NCBI GenBank assembly: GCA_965660445.1 | Contig: CBFIAK010000001.1 | Location: forward strand, 128,001 to 192,000 | Origin: Patescibacteria group bacterium | GTDB lineage: Bacteria > Patescibacteriota > Gracilibacteria > UBA4473 | Length of the DNA stretch: 64,000 nt | Reading direction: 5' to 3' | Shown here: positions 43,129 through 53,478 of the stretch, piece by piece | Layout: every line of letters begins with the position of its first letter | Position numbering within the stretch: the stretch's first letter is position 1 | Translations under genes and position numbers: made by a program | The notes under the pieces: model-generated | Databases searched by the model: none | Told to the model about the DNA's origin: nothing | Seen by the model: only the letters and a program-made list of their open reading frames with translations

Positions 43129-43668
43129 TTAGACAGAGAGTATATCAGTTTCTTTCTTTTTCGTAACTTCTTCTATTTTCTTATTATATTGATCTATTTT
43201 TTCTTGAACTTTTTTTTCTTGTGCAATGTAATCATCTTCTGAAATTTCTTTTTCATCTTTTTGATGTTTCAGTTTTTTCAAAACATCATGTCGCACATTT
43301 CGAACTGCTATTTTTGATTCTTCTGATATTTCTTTCACTTTTTTTGTAATTTGTTGTCTTCGTTCACCGGTAAGAGGAGGAACTGGCAAAAACACAGAGT
43401 CTCCCATATTTTGTGGATTTATACCAATATTTGCATCACGAATAGCTTTTTCGATAGTTCCAACCAATGATTTGTCCCACGGTTCGATACGAACTGTTTG
43501 AGGATCAGGACAAGAAACACTCGCTACTGATTTTATCGGTTGAGTTGATCCATAGGCAGTAACGTGGATATGTTCAACAAGAGCTGGATTTGCTCTTCCT
43601 ATACTAATAGAAGAAAATTCTTGTTGAAGGTGATGTATAATTTTATCAAGAGATTCGATGATTTCCAT
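43129..43668 (-). CDS. frr: Ribosome recycling factor
   Basis: GRANP, IEPWDK, PPLTGERR, KIAVRNVR. Confidence 0.95.
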   Translation of the reverse strand: MEIIESLDKIIHHLQQEFSSISIGRANPALVEHIHVTAYGSTQPIKSVASVSCPDPQTVRIEPWDKSLVGTIEKAIRDANIGINPQNMGDSVFLPVPPLTGERRQQITKKVKEISEESKIAVRNVRHDVLKKLKHQKDEKEISEDDYIAQEKKVQEKIDQYNKKIEEVTKKKETDILSV

Positions 43669-43725
43669 GGGATATAAAAGTTAAAAACCGTACTCACAAT
43701 ACATCAAAAAAACCAAAAAAGAAAC

Positions 43726-44490
43726 TCAAATAATTTTCTTCGCGAGTTTCCAATAGTCTTGAAAAAGTGTTTTAAAAAGATCAGTAATAACTCGTCCTTG
43801 AAACACAAACCCCACTGGAAGATCTTTATCAAAAGTCATAACAGCTACTTTATCGCCATAGATACGGACTTCTCCATTTAAAGACGGAGCTTGGCTGATA
43901 GCCACTTCTCTTAACTTTTGTTCGTCATCACGAATCATCGATTCATTATAATTGTGGGGACAAATAACCACCATTTTTATACCTTTTTCGATACGATTTT
44001 GAATAAACTCGTCCATAAAAGGACCGAGTGAAAAATATGTATTTGAAAGATCTGTCCATGCATAAATAGTTTCTCCTGTTTGGAGTATGTCATCATAAAT
44101 AGAGCGGATACCATCGATTCCTTCATAATAGAGCACTCCGGGTTTCCAGATACTTTCTTGAATAAGAGTGAAGAAATCTTGAATATCGGTATTGGTTTGT
44201 TCATACAAATGGGCATATTTTTCTTCTTGGTGATCCACCCATTGCAAGAACGATTGTTCATCACAAATTTCAAAAACATCGTTCGAGAAACTCATAACAA
44301 GATTTCGAAACTTCAAATTCTCAAGAGCAAACCGAGTGGAATTATAAGCGAGGGCGGTATGTCGACTAATGGTTTTAATAGACGATTTCTTTTTGTGAAA
44401 CAAAAAATTAAGCACTTTGATTTCGTTATCAGAAAACCCAAGGTTTCGTAATACTTTTCGAATCTGAATATCGGAATAATGAGGACTCAT
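43726..44490 (-). CDS. TrmB-family transcriptional regulator
   Basis: LGFSDNEIKV wHTH; KP.VLYYEG..GI..IY; IYGDKVA; start trimmed to MSPHY. Confidence 0.8.
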   Translation of the reverse strand: MSPHYSDIQIRKVLRNLGFSDNEIKVLNFLFHKKKSSIKTISRHTALAYNSTRFALENLKFRNLVMSFSNDVFEICDEQSFLQWVDHQEEKYAHLYEQTNTDIQDFFTLIQESIWKPGVLYYEGIDGIRSIYDDILQTGETIYAWTDLSNTYFSLGPFMDEFIQNRIEKGIKMVVICPHNYNESMIRDDEQKLREVAISQAPSLNGEVRIYGDKVAVMTFDKDLPVGFVFQGRVITDLFKTLFQDYWKLAKKII

Positions 44491-44498
44491 AAAAAAAA

Positions 44499-45242
44499 TT
44501 AGTGCCAAAAACTACGAAAAACCGCATGAAACAATTCACACATCCAATCACCTTCGAAAACAAATCCAATAGGAGGATTCGATCCTAGTTGTATCAGCGC
44601 CACTTTGTTACCATACATACAAATTTCACCTTGTATATCGAGTTTATTATTCGCTTGAATTGATTGTTGGGTTGATATATTAGATTTTTCATCTTCATTA
44701 TGAGCATTGATAGTATATAAATCGATACCTTGATCAATTCGTCTTTTATGGAAAGAATCCATATAGGACACACCGAGCACTTCATAAACAATATGAAGAT
44801 TTGTCCAACAATAGATGGGTTCTTGAGATTGAAGCATATCTTCATAAATATCCTGTATACCTTGAACTCCTTCATAATAAAGCAGGTCTGGTTTCCATGA
44901 AGATTGATCAATAGATGAAAAAAATCGAGAAAGTGTTGATTTTGCTTGTTCGTATTTTTGTTGGTGCTCTTTTTTCATTTCCAAAAGCCATTTTTGAAAA
45001 TGTTGCGACGAGATAGCTTGATAATGTTCTTCTTCTTGAGGGATAACAACAACAAGTCCTCTTCCTATTAAACTCGAAAGGGCATATTGAGTTGAAGTAA
45101 ACCCGAGTAATATATTTTGACTAATAGATCTGGTGGTTGCTTTTTTTTGTCGAAACAAAAACAAAAGTACTTTAATTTCATTATCAGAAAACCCAATAGA
45201 TTTCAAAGACTGACGAATCTTAAGGGTTGAATATTGAGACAT
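44499..45242 (-). CDS. TrmB-family transcriptional regulator (tandem paralog)
   Basis: IGFSDNEIKV, WKP.LLYYEG..GI..IY, MYGNKVA. Confidence 0.8.
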   Translation of the reverse strand: MSQYSTLKIRQSLKSIGFSDNEIKVLLFLFRQKKATTRSISQNILLGFTSTQYALSSLIGRGLVVVIPQEEEHYQAISSQHFQKWLLEMKKEHQQKYEQAKSTLSRFFSSIDQSSWKPDLLYYEGVQGIQDIYEDMLQSQEPIYCWTNLHIVYEVLGVSYMDSFHKRRIDQGIDLYTINAHNEDEKSNISTQQSIQANNKLDIQGEICMYGNKVALIQLGSNPPIGFVFEGDWMCELFHAVFRSFWH

Positions 45243-45328
45243 AGGTATAAAATTGAATAGAAAAACCTCCCATAAAATGAGGATTCTACAACGAAAAGAT
45301 ACAAGAAAAATATCAAAAAAGCAAGCTC

Positions 45329-45943
45329 TTACTGATTATTTTCGTATTCAGCAATAATTTTTTCGGCTTCGTTAATAAGATTCAGGTACATATCATGGTA
45401 CACAAAGCAAATAGTATGATAGTTTTCGATCATAAGGGGAATATATTGATTTTTAAGTTCTGATATCCATTGTTTTTGTTTTTCCGTATTCAGTCCATTG
45501 ATTGTTTGGGCATTGTGAAGCAAATCACCCATTTTAAGAAAAAAGACGGTTACATCCATATTCATAGCTTCCTTAAATTGGTTACAGTATTCTGTTTGGA
45601 TTTCATCGGGGTGTAAAAACGAGTTTTTTGTAACCGCTTGAACAAGAAAAAAAACATCTTCACCAAACTCACGGAGTATTTGTTCTTCAAGAAGTGGGCG
45701 CTGAGGAATATCACAATCTTCGAGCACATCATGCAGTAAAGCGGCACACAATATATTTTCATCACCGCCTATACGAAAGAGGATATTGGCAACTGACAAG
45801 GGATGCGTGATATAGGGTTCCCCTGATTTTCGTGTTTGATTTTTATGCACCTGAAATGCGATATGATACGCTTTTTCTAAAAGATCGATATCGAACCGAT
45901 CATTTTGAGAAATAATAGTGTTTTTTAGTGTATCAAAATCCAT
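45329..45943 (-). CDS. Stand-alone RelA/SpoT-type HD hydrolase
   Basis: H.NQTRKSGEPYITHP, AALLHDVLED, KMGDLLHN. Confidence 0.85.
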   Translation of the reverse strand: MDFDTLKNTIISQNDRFDIDLLEKAYHIAFQVHKNQTRKSGEPYITHPLSVANILFRIGGDENILCAALLHDVLEDCDIPQRPLLEEQILREFGEDVFFLVQAVTKNSFLHPDEIQTEYCNQFKEAMNMDVTVFFLKMGDLLHNAQTINGLNTEKQKQWISELKNQYIPLMIENYHTICFVYHDMYLNLINEAEKIIAEYENNQ

Positions 45944-46042
45944 CTCTGATTCAGAAAAAGAGTGATAGTTCTCATGGTATGAACGATTTTCAAAATTGTC
46001 AAAAAAATAGACATTTTCTCAAAAAAAAGCATGATAGAAACG

Positions 46043-48073
46043 ATGGAACATACACATATAAAAAAACCATCTCCTCATCCCGACATTCTTATACAGACTA
46101 TTATCGAAAGAGTTCGAGGGTATTATCCGTCGTTTCAAAAATCAGATCAATTATTGATAGAAAAGGCGTATGCCTTTGCAAAAGACGCACACGAAGGACA
46201 AGTAAGGGCATCGGGGTCCCCATACATAATGCATTCATTACGTGCAACGGAGATTCTTTTGTCTATTAAACCAGATTTAGAGACTATTTGTGGATGTATT
46301 TTACACGATGTTATTGGGGACACACAAAAAACAGCTGATGATATTGAGGCAGTTTTTGGGGGCGAGATTCGGTTTTTATGTGAAGGCGTAGAACGTATTA
46401 CACAAGTACGTATTACACAAAAAGAGAATCAATCTGAATACGAAAAATTCCAACAATTGTTTGTGGCTTTGGCGGACGATATTCGTATTATTTTTATTAA
46501 ATTAGCGGATAGAATTCATAACTTAAAAACGCTTCATTTCTTACCACGTGAAAAATGGAACCGTATTTTACATGAATCACAGGAAGTGTATTCCCCAGTA
46601 GCGGATAGACTTCGTTTATTTGAGTTTAAAACTTTAATCGAAAATTACTGCATTGAAATTCTACATCCAGAAATAAGTGCGAAGATAAAACAAGAAATTC
46701 ACGAGATAAAAGAGAGCAAACACAAATTCTTTGAAAAAGCAGAGCGAGAGATTCGACAAGTACTGGTTGATTACGAGATTGAGTGGAAAACTATTATGAG
46801 TCGAGAGAAGAGTCTGGAATCTATTTATAAAAAGTTTAAAACCAAGAATATAAACTCTGTGCATGAATTAAGTGATATTTTTGGATTACGTATTATTGTC
46901 ACAACAAAAGAAGAGTGTTATCACACATTAGGGGTACTTCATTCTGAGTTCCAGCCAATTCCAAAACGATTCAAAGACTATATTGCTGTTCCAAAACCAA
47001 ACGGATATCAGAGTTTACACACAACGTTATTGGGTGTTGCGGGAAACCATTTTCCAATCGAGGTGCAGATACGAACTGAAACAATGCACAATGACTGCGA
47101 ATATGGTCCGGCGGCTCATTGGGCTTACAAAAAGCTCAAAAGTTCATCGTTTGATAATGAATACTTAGAAAAAACACGATGGATTTCAGAAGAAGTTGAA
47201 CAAGAGAGGGCTCATGATCCAAAAAAGTTTTTTGAGGCTATTTCAAAGCGAGTACTACAAGAACAGATCTATGTATTTACTCGAAAAGGAGACATAAAAA
47301 TTTTACCACACGATGCCACTCCAATTGATTTTGCATACAGCATTCACACTGATATTGGTGATAGTTGTGTTGGAGCGAAAATAAACAACCATATTCGTCC
47401 ACTCGATTACCGACTTAAGTCGGGTGACATTATTGAGATTTTAACAAAAAAAGGACGAACTCCAAACCCTGAGTGGTTAGAGTTTGTGCAAACTTCAAAA
47501 GCAAAAAACAAAATAAAAGCTTTTGTAAACATGCAGAAAAAGGAAGAGAAAAAAGATTTGGTTGGAGTACAAAAAACAAGAGAGCGAGAACGAGAACGAA
47601 AACAATTTTTTGCAAACAGTCTAGAACCTTTAGATAATCGAGAATACTCATTGATTATTGATGGTGAGCAGAACATTTCATACAGAATTGCAAAATGCTG
47701 TCAGGCTGGTCCTAAAAAATCTATTATTGCGTATCATTCACGAGGACTTGGAAGTGTTATTCATGAATCTGGATGTGATGAAATTGAACGACTTGATTCA
47801 AAGAGACTGGTTGAGGCATATTTTGTAATACAAAAAAAGATAGAAGTTCTTGCAAAAGATCGATTTCAAATAACAAACCGAATTTCTCAATACATTACAA
47901 ATCGCAACATTTCGATTTGGGAAACAAAGATAAAACACATACAACAAAACATAATCCGGCTCCGGTTTACACTTCATGTAATGAACGATTTTGAGTTTGC
48001 AGCTTTGATAAAAGATTTATCGAGTATTGAAACCATTTTATCAATACGAGAACAAAAGATACGAAAACGCTAG
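46043..48073 (+). CDS. relA: Long RelA/SpoT homolog (HD-SYNTH-TGS-ZFD-ACT)
   Basis: KLADRIHN, DIFGLRII, KDYIAVPKPNGYQSLHT, EVQIRT, TPIDFAYSIHT, AKCC. Confidence 0.93.
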   Translation: MEHTHIKKPSPHPDILIQTIIERVRGYYPSFQKSDQLLIEKAYAFAKDAHEGQVRASGSPYIMHSLRATEILLSIKPDLETICGCILHDVIGDTQKTADDIEAVFGGEIRFLCEGVERITQVRITQKENQSEYEKFQQLFVALADDIRIIFIKLADRIHNLKTLHFLPREKWNRILHESQEVYSPVADRLRLFEFKTLIENYCIEILHPEISAKIKQEIHEIKESKHKFFEKAEREIRQVLVDYEIEWKTIMSREKSLESIYKKFKTKNINSVHELSDIFGLRIIVTTKEECYHTLGVLHSEFQPIPKRFKDYIAVPKPNGYQSLHTTLLGVAGNHFPIEVQIRTETMHNDCEYGPAAHWAYKKLKSSSFDNEYLEKTRWISEEVEQERAHDPKKFFEAISKRVLQEQIYVFTRKGDIKILPHDATPIDFAYSIHTDIGDSCVGAKINNHIRPLDYRLKSGDIIEILTKKGRTPNPEWLEFVQTSKAKNKIKAFVNMQKKEEKKDLVGVQKTRERERERKQFFANSLEPLDNREYSLIIDGEQNISYRIAKCCQAGPKKSIIAYHSRGLGSVIHESGCDEIERLDSKRLVEAYFVIQKKIEVLAKDRFQITNRISQYITNRNISIWETKIKHIQQNIIRLRFTLHVMNDFEFAALIKDLSSIETILSIREQKIRKR

Positions 48074-48077
48074 ACGA

Positions 48078-48105
48078 TTGACAAAACCTATATTTTTATT
48101 ACTAT
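48078..48105 (+). promoter_or_regulatory. tmRNA promoter
   Basis: TTGACA-16-TACTAT. Confidence 0.65.
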
Positions 48106-48140
48106 AAAGAACACAGTAGAGTATTGTTCTTTTTTATTAC

Positions 48141-48558
48141 GGGGGTGCTCGGCTTTGACAGAGAGACTCGAAATGTATTTCTTGCGTGCTCGGCGTGGTG
48201 CATTCGCCGGTAGATCCACTGCACAAACATAAATGCAAACTCTTTATTTGCGAAGGCTCGTAATGCTGTTGCGTCTCTTTTGAGTCCAGCTCCAGCATAC
48301 GCGGTTGCCTAAATACAAACCTTACTTGAACCTATTTGTTCGTAAGTGAATAATACTGATTGATTCGGTTGGTATTATTCAAACCTTAGAATCTCACTTT
48401 TTTTTACTTTGTCAGAAAAGAAAGGACATTTTTGACAGCCATTTTTTATATTTTTGTCTTATTTTATAAGTAAAAAATGGTATTAAATAAGACTACGCAT
48501 CGTAGACGGGAATAGGTTTCCTCTTTGGACGCGAGTTCAACTCTCGCCACCTCCACCA
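48141..48558 (+). ncRNA. ssrA: tmRNA; tag ORF 48235-48312 ANSLFAKARNAVASLLSPAPAYAVA*
   Basis: 5' GGGGGTG..TTTGAC, 3' T-arm GCGAGTTCAACTCTCGC and CACCTCCACCA, resume context ATAAAT-GCA, tag ending YAVA. Confidence 0.95.
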
Positions 48559-48659
48559 AACTCCACTTTTATATACATAACAACCTCGGAAGAGAAAATA
48601 AAACCAAGACTTTCTAGAAACCAAAGTTTGGCTTTTTAAGTATGGATTTGAGAAAAAAA

Positions 48660-48990
48660 CCCGAGACCTGTCTCCACTTTATGTAAGTATAGATTGAAAA
48701 ATATATTTTTAAAACAGAAAACCGCATATTTAAGCCAAAAGTTGGAGACCGGTCTCCAACTTTCCGCATAAGAAAGGGAAAAAGAGTTTTTATTTTGAGC
48801 TGTTTTTCGAAAGGTTGTTTGTTTTTTTATGGGGTGCTTCAAAAAGTCCTCTTTTTTAAAACAGAGAAATCGCATAAATAAACCGCAAACAGGAGACCGG
48901 TCTCCTGTTTGTGCAGATATAGATTGAAATGTGTTTTTTGAAAACAAAAAACCGCATTTTTAAGCCAAAATTTGGAGACCGGTCTCTGAA
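48660..48990. repeat. Composite palindromic repeat element, copy B (two tandem ~95-bp units)
   Basis: Palindromes at 48663 (variant GAGACCTGTCTC), 48745, 48893, 48975; units share TATAGATTGAAA...AAAACA.AAAACCGCAT.TTTAAGCCAAAA.TTG. Confidence 0.9.
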
Positions 48991-49051
48991 AATGAAAGAT
49001 TTTTTATCTATTGCTTGAAGGGAAATTGTTTTTTGCTAGAGTAACAACGTA

Positions 49052-50293
49052 ATGCATCTTTTTTCTTCTATTCGGTTGTTGAGCATAGTATTCTGTTTTT
49101 TGGGAATGGTTCCCTTTTCGCTTGCGGCAACAGTTGATAAAACTATTGGTTTATCATTTAAACACAAAACCGTTTACATTTCTCCACAAATAAATACCGA
49201 TGTTTTTACATGGACCCCTATTGCGAATACACAGTTACAAAAAAATACTATTGCTATTGCGCATAGCACAATAAAAACTCCCTTCCAGATACTCAATTGG
49301 TCTTTTCAATCACAAAAAGAAGACTCTATGATTGCGTTCACCCATACTAATGCGCTCCAATCGTTTTTAAAACGATCCTCACTGATTGATGAATCCGAAA
49401 AACAAGATCCAGTACGTATTTATACAAAATCAGATGGAACCGTTGCTGTTGAAGGGACTCCTTATGAAGGGTTCTTAGTGGATCTTCCAAAGCTTGTACA
49501 CCGTATAAACATGGCCATGATGCAGGAAGTAAGCCATGTAGAAGTACCCTATCGACATTATTTTTCGCGTCCAATTGTGGAAAAAGAAATACAAGAAAAA
49601 CACGGTATATATGAAATTATCGCTATTGGAAAATCTGATTTTTCTGGATCATCAGAAAAACGAATTCAAAACATAACACGAGCTGCTGAAAAAATAAAAG
49701 GCACTTTTATTCCTCACAACAAAACGTTCTCATTTAATAAGACCATTCAATCCATAACAAAAGCTGATGGGTTTGCAGAAGAAAATGTCATTAAAGGAAA
49801 TACGACCGTCAAAGAAGTCGGAGGAGGGGTATGCGAAGTCTCTACCGCAGTTTTTCGATCTGCATTCTTTGGTGGATTACCTATTCCCGAACGATCAAAT
49901 CATTCGTTAGCACTTGAAAGCTATCTCCCCCATGGAATAGATGCCGCTATCTATTTAGGAGTTAAGGATTTACAGTTTCAGAACGATACACCCGGTGATA
50001 TCCTACTCGATACATTTGTTGATGATGATGAAATTCATGTCGTACTGTATGGAAAAAAAGACGGACGAATCGTGCACACTGAAGGACCATTTGTAAGCCA
50101 TGTTCGAAACCCACAAGCATATCTCATAACGAATGAAACTGATTTACCACAACGAGGATTTCATACACAATGGATACGTCGTATTGCAAAAGATAACGAA
50201 TCTCATGAAGAGTTCTTTACATCAATTTATAGACCTTGGGTTCAAGAAACAGTTGTCGCCCCACAAGAAACACAAATACTTACCGATTCTTAA
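49052..50293 (+). CDS. VanW-family exported protein
   Basis: Signal peptide, R..NI, FSFN, GGGVCEVSTAVF, ERSNHS, GIDAAIY, DLQFQNDT. Confidence 0.88.
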   Translation: MHLFSSIRLLSIVFCFLGMVPFSLAATVDKTIGLSFKHKTVYISPQINTDVFTWTPIANTQLQKNTIAIAHSTIKTPFQILNWSFQSQKEDSMIAFTHTNALQSFLKRSSLIDESEKQDPVRIYTKSDGTVAVEGTPYEGFLVDLPKLVHRINMAMMQEVSHVEVPYRHYFSRPIVEKEIQEKHGIYEIIAIGKSDFSGSSEKRIQNITRAAEKIKGTFIPHNKTFSFNKTIQSITKADGFAEENVIKGNTTVKEVGGGVCEVSTAVFRSAFFGGLPIPERSNHSLALESYLPHGIDAAIYLGVKDLQFQNDTPGDILLDTFVDDDEIHVVLYGKKDGRIVHTEGPFVSHVRNPQAYLITNETDLPQRGFHTQWIRRIAKDNESHEEFFTSIYRPWVQETVVAPQETQILTDS

Positions 50294-53200
50294 GCTTCTA
50301 ACTCTTCTTGTTTTTGCTGAAGCAGTACTTGCGCTTCTTCTAGCTCATTTTGTGTTGCCTCAACAAGATGTGGGGGGGCTTTTTCAGTGTAACTTGGATT
50401 CGCTAATCGTGTCTGTAAAGCCTTGATTTTTTGAAGAAGTACATCACATTCTTTCTGTAAAAGTGCCGTATCTTTTGGAATATCAAGATAGAATATATCA
50501 TTCACACAAACGATTGGTTGTACATTTTGAGACAAATGAAATTGTGACTGTATGTCTTGAATAGAAACAAGTGCTAATGATTCAATAAATGGTTTTACTA
50601 ACTGCGCTTTTGATATATCGTTCGTTTGAAAATAAACATTAAGCTTTGCTTTTGGGTTTACTTTTGCATCACTCTTTTGTTTTCGAATACGCGTAACAAC
50701 ATCTTGTATATACACAAATAATTCTGATGATTGAGTATGCTGAATATCAAAGGAAGCATAATCAAAATCCATAAGCATCATATCCTCACCCCACAAAGAC
50801 TGAAACACTGACTGAGTAACAAACGGACATAAAGGATGAATAAGAATTAATACTTCTGAAAAGACCCAACGAAGAAACAAAGGGTTTGAATCTTGTTTAG
50901 AAGCTTCAATATACCAATCACAAAACTGATCCCATACAAAATGATACATGATATCTCCCGCACGTGATATTTGGTATTCATCAAGGGCCGTTTGTACATC
51001 TTGTGCCACAAGAGCCAACTGATGCAAAATCCATTGATCCGCTAAATTCTTTGGTTCAGGTGGAGTTTCGCGAAGGTTTTTGAAAGAAATATCAGTTCCT
51101 AATTGTGTTTGCATTTGAACAAACCGACCAGCGTTCCATATCTTATTCACAAAATTCCGATATCCTTCTATTTTTGATTGCCCAAGTGCCATATTATTTC
51201 CCGCAGAAGTACCAATAACAAGAGATAACCGAACCGTATCAGCTCCATATCGATCGATTAAATCAAGAGGATCAATACCATTGCCTTTTGATTTCGACAT
51301 CTTTTGTCCTTTTTCATCAGTTACCATTCCATGTAAATAAATATGAGAAAACGGATATCGACCCGTTGCATATTTTCCAAACATAATCATTCTTGCCACC
51401 CAGAAAAAAAGAATATCATGTCCTGTTTCCATAAGCTGATTTGGATAAAATGTTTGAAAATCAGGATGAGAAGTATCAGGCCAACCAAGAGTTGAAAACG
51501 GCCACAAAGCAGAAGAAAACCATGTATCAAGTGTGTCTTCATCTTGAAAAATCGGTACCTCGGTAATTGGAGGCTGAAACACTGATATTGATTTCCATAC
51601 ACCATGAAGCGTTTTTTCATTTTTTGTTCGAGCTCGAATAAGATTTTGTGTGTCTTTTTTTCCTTTTCGAATATTTTCAAGCGCTGAAAATATTGACCGA
51701 TGCCCAATAATCAAAATATCTCCTTTTGAGTGACGTGTTTTTAGACTATTCCATGCTTTTTCAACACGTTCATAAACAACAGATGGATCTTCACCCGTCC
51801 CTTCTGCAAGAGCATGTTCTATAGCTGTTCCCGATGCATAATATTTACCTGTTATACTTCCAAAATCAATAGCTCGAAGATCATCACAAATTTCTATCTC
51901 AACCCCAAGAGATTGAGCCACAATTTCTGCAGTTTGCACCGCTCGACGAGAACTACTGGTAATAATATGGGTTACCGTATATTTATTTTTTAATTCCGCT
52001 GATAATTCATGAGCTTGAGCAATGCCAACATCAGAAAGCTCATCGTTTTGACCTTGTACTAAATGCTCTACATTTGCATTCGTCTCTCCATGCCGAGCAA
52101 GAATAAATTTCTGCTCATGTGGCATATAAGTATTTCCATTATTATCATACCATACTGGAATACGGTGTCCCCACCATATTTGTCGACTAATACACCAATC
52201 TCGAAGGTTTTCTATCCACTGATAATATGTTTTTTCAAACCGTTTTGGAATAACCTGTATATGACTATCCTTTACCGCATCAAGAGTGAGTTTTTTGAGT
52301 GTGGTTTTTCCAACACCTTCCACAAAAAATTCATTGTTAACGGCAATAAACCATTGCTTTGAAAGCATTGGTTCTATTACTGTTCCTGACCGATAACAAT
52401 GACCAACACTATGTGTGTATGGCTTTTTTTCAATCAAAAACTGGCTATCTTGTGTTATTTTTTTTCGACAATCTTCGCGTGATAACCCTTGAAATTCTTC
52501 AGGAACATATTCTGATGCCATCATATTTCCCTGAAAATCAATCACTTGAATTTGAGGTAAATCATGACGTTCTCCAATCTCAAAATCGTTTGGATCATGT
52601 GCTGGAGTAACCTTTAATGTTGCTGTCCCAAAATTCATATCTACATATTCATCACAAATAATAGGAATTTCACGAAGCGAAAACGGAGTTTTCACTGTTT
52701 TTCCTTTTAAACGTGCCGCTCTTTTGTCATCGGGATGAATAGCAATTGCAACATCTCCAAACAAAGTTTCAGGGCGAGTTGTTGCAACATGAAGCGTTTC
52801 CGATCCATCACTTAATTCATATGCAAATGTGTAGAGAAACCCTTCTTTTTCTTTATACTCTACTTCATCATCTGCTAACACTGATTGTGCTCCAATTGAC
52901 CAGTTTACCATTCGATACCCACGAACAATAAGCCCGTCTTTCCAGAGCATTTGAAACATTTTCTGAACAGCAAACTCACGTTCTTCATCAAGAGTATACG
53001 CTTCACGACTCCAATCCAACCATGACCCCATTTTTTTCGTCTGATTGATAATGGTGTCGTGTTTTTCTTGAGAAAAAGAACGACAAGCTTCAAGAAATGC
53101 TTCTCTTTCTAATGTGTCTCTCTTTTGAACACCTAAATGTTTTAAAACAACATTTTCAGTCGCAATAGCAGCATGATCGGTTCCGGGAACCCAGAGAACT

Positions 53201-53415
53201 TCATGTCCTGTCATTTTTTTATAACGCACAAGAATGTCTTCGATAGCAAGCATACAGGCATGCCCCATATGTAAAACTCCAGTTACATTTGGTGGAGGAA
53301 GAACAATGCTAAATGTTGGTTTTTTCGTATTCGCGTTCGCAAAAAGTCGACCCGATTTTTCCCATTGTTGATAAATAGCGTCTTCGAAAGCTTTGTGGTT
53401 ATAATTTTTCTCCAT
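50290..53415 (-). CDS. valS: Valine-tRNA ligase with an inserted histidine-phosphatase domain
   Basis: PPPNVTGVLHMGH, TTRPET, DWCISRQIWWGH, LDTWFSS, KMSKS, C-terminal coiled coil; RHGET insert. Confidence 0.95.
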   Translation of the reverse strand: MEKNYNHKAFEDAIYQQWEKSGRLFANANTKKPTFSIVLPPPNVTGVLHMGHACMLAIEDILVRYKKMTGHEVLWVPGTDHAAIATENVVLKHLGVQKRDTLEREAFLEACRSFSQEKHDTIINQTKKMGSWLDWSREAYTLDEEREFAVQKMFQMLWKDGLIVRGYRMVNWSIGAQSVLADDEVEYKEKEGFLYTFAYELSDGSETLHVATTRPETLFGDVAIAIHPDDKRAARLKGKTVKTPFSLREIPIICDEYVDMNFGTATLKVTPAHDPNDFEIGERHDLPQIQVIDFQGNMMASEYVPEEFQGLSREDCRKKITQDSQFLIEKKPYTHSVGHCYRSGTVIEPMLSKQWFIAVNNEFFVEGVGKTTLKKLTLDAVKDSHIQVIPKRFEKTYYQWIENLRDWCISRQIWWGHRIPVWYDNNGNTYMPHEQKFILARHGETNANVEHLVQGQNDELSDVGIAQAHELSAELKNKYTVTHIITSSSRRAVQTAEIVAQSLGVEIEICDDLRAIDFGSITGKYYASGTAIEHALAEGTGEDPSVVYERVEKAWNSLKTRHSKGDILIIGHRSIFSALENIRKGKKDTQNLIRARTKNEKTLHGVWKSISVFQPPITEVPIFQDEDTLDTWFSSALWPFSTLGWPDTSHPDFQTFYPNQLMETGHDILFFWVARMIMFGKYATGRYPFSHIYLHGMVTDEKGQKMSKSKGNGIDPLDLIDRYGADTVRLSLVIGTSAGNNMALGQSKIEGYRNFVNKIWNAGRFVQMQTQLGTDISFKNLRETPPEPKNLADQWILHQLALVAQDVQTALDEYQISRAGDIMYHFVWDQFCDWYIEASKQDSNPLFLRWVFSEVLILIHPLCPFVTQSVFQSLWGEDMMLMDFDYASFDIQHTQSSELFVYIQDVVTRIRKQKSDAKVNPKAKLNVYFQTNDISKAQLVKPFIESLALVSIQDIQSQFHLSQNVQPIVCVNDIFYLDIPKDTALLQKECDVLLQKIKALQTRLANPSYTEKAPPHLVEATQNELEEAQVLLQQKQEELEA

Positions 53416-53478
53416 AACGACTCAAAAGAATGAAATATACGCGCGGGAGTATAGCGCTGTTCATAAAAAAGAACAACG

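Noticed and set aside
48636-48947. 103-aa minus-strand ORF
   Set aside because: It is a translation of the palindromic repeat (GDRSP, WRPVS, ETGL); there is no coding evidence.
51575-52110. Intein in ValRS
   Set aside because: No Cys/Ser start, His-Asn end or LAGLIDADG motif; the insert has RHG phosphatase motifs instead.
53416-53478. T-box upstream of valS
   Set aside because: Only ~60 nt of intergenic space, with no T-box motif.
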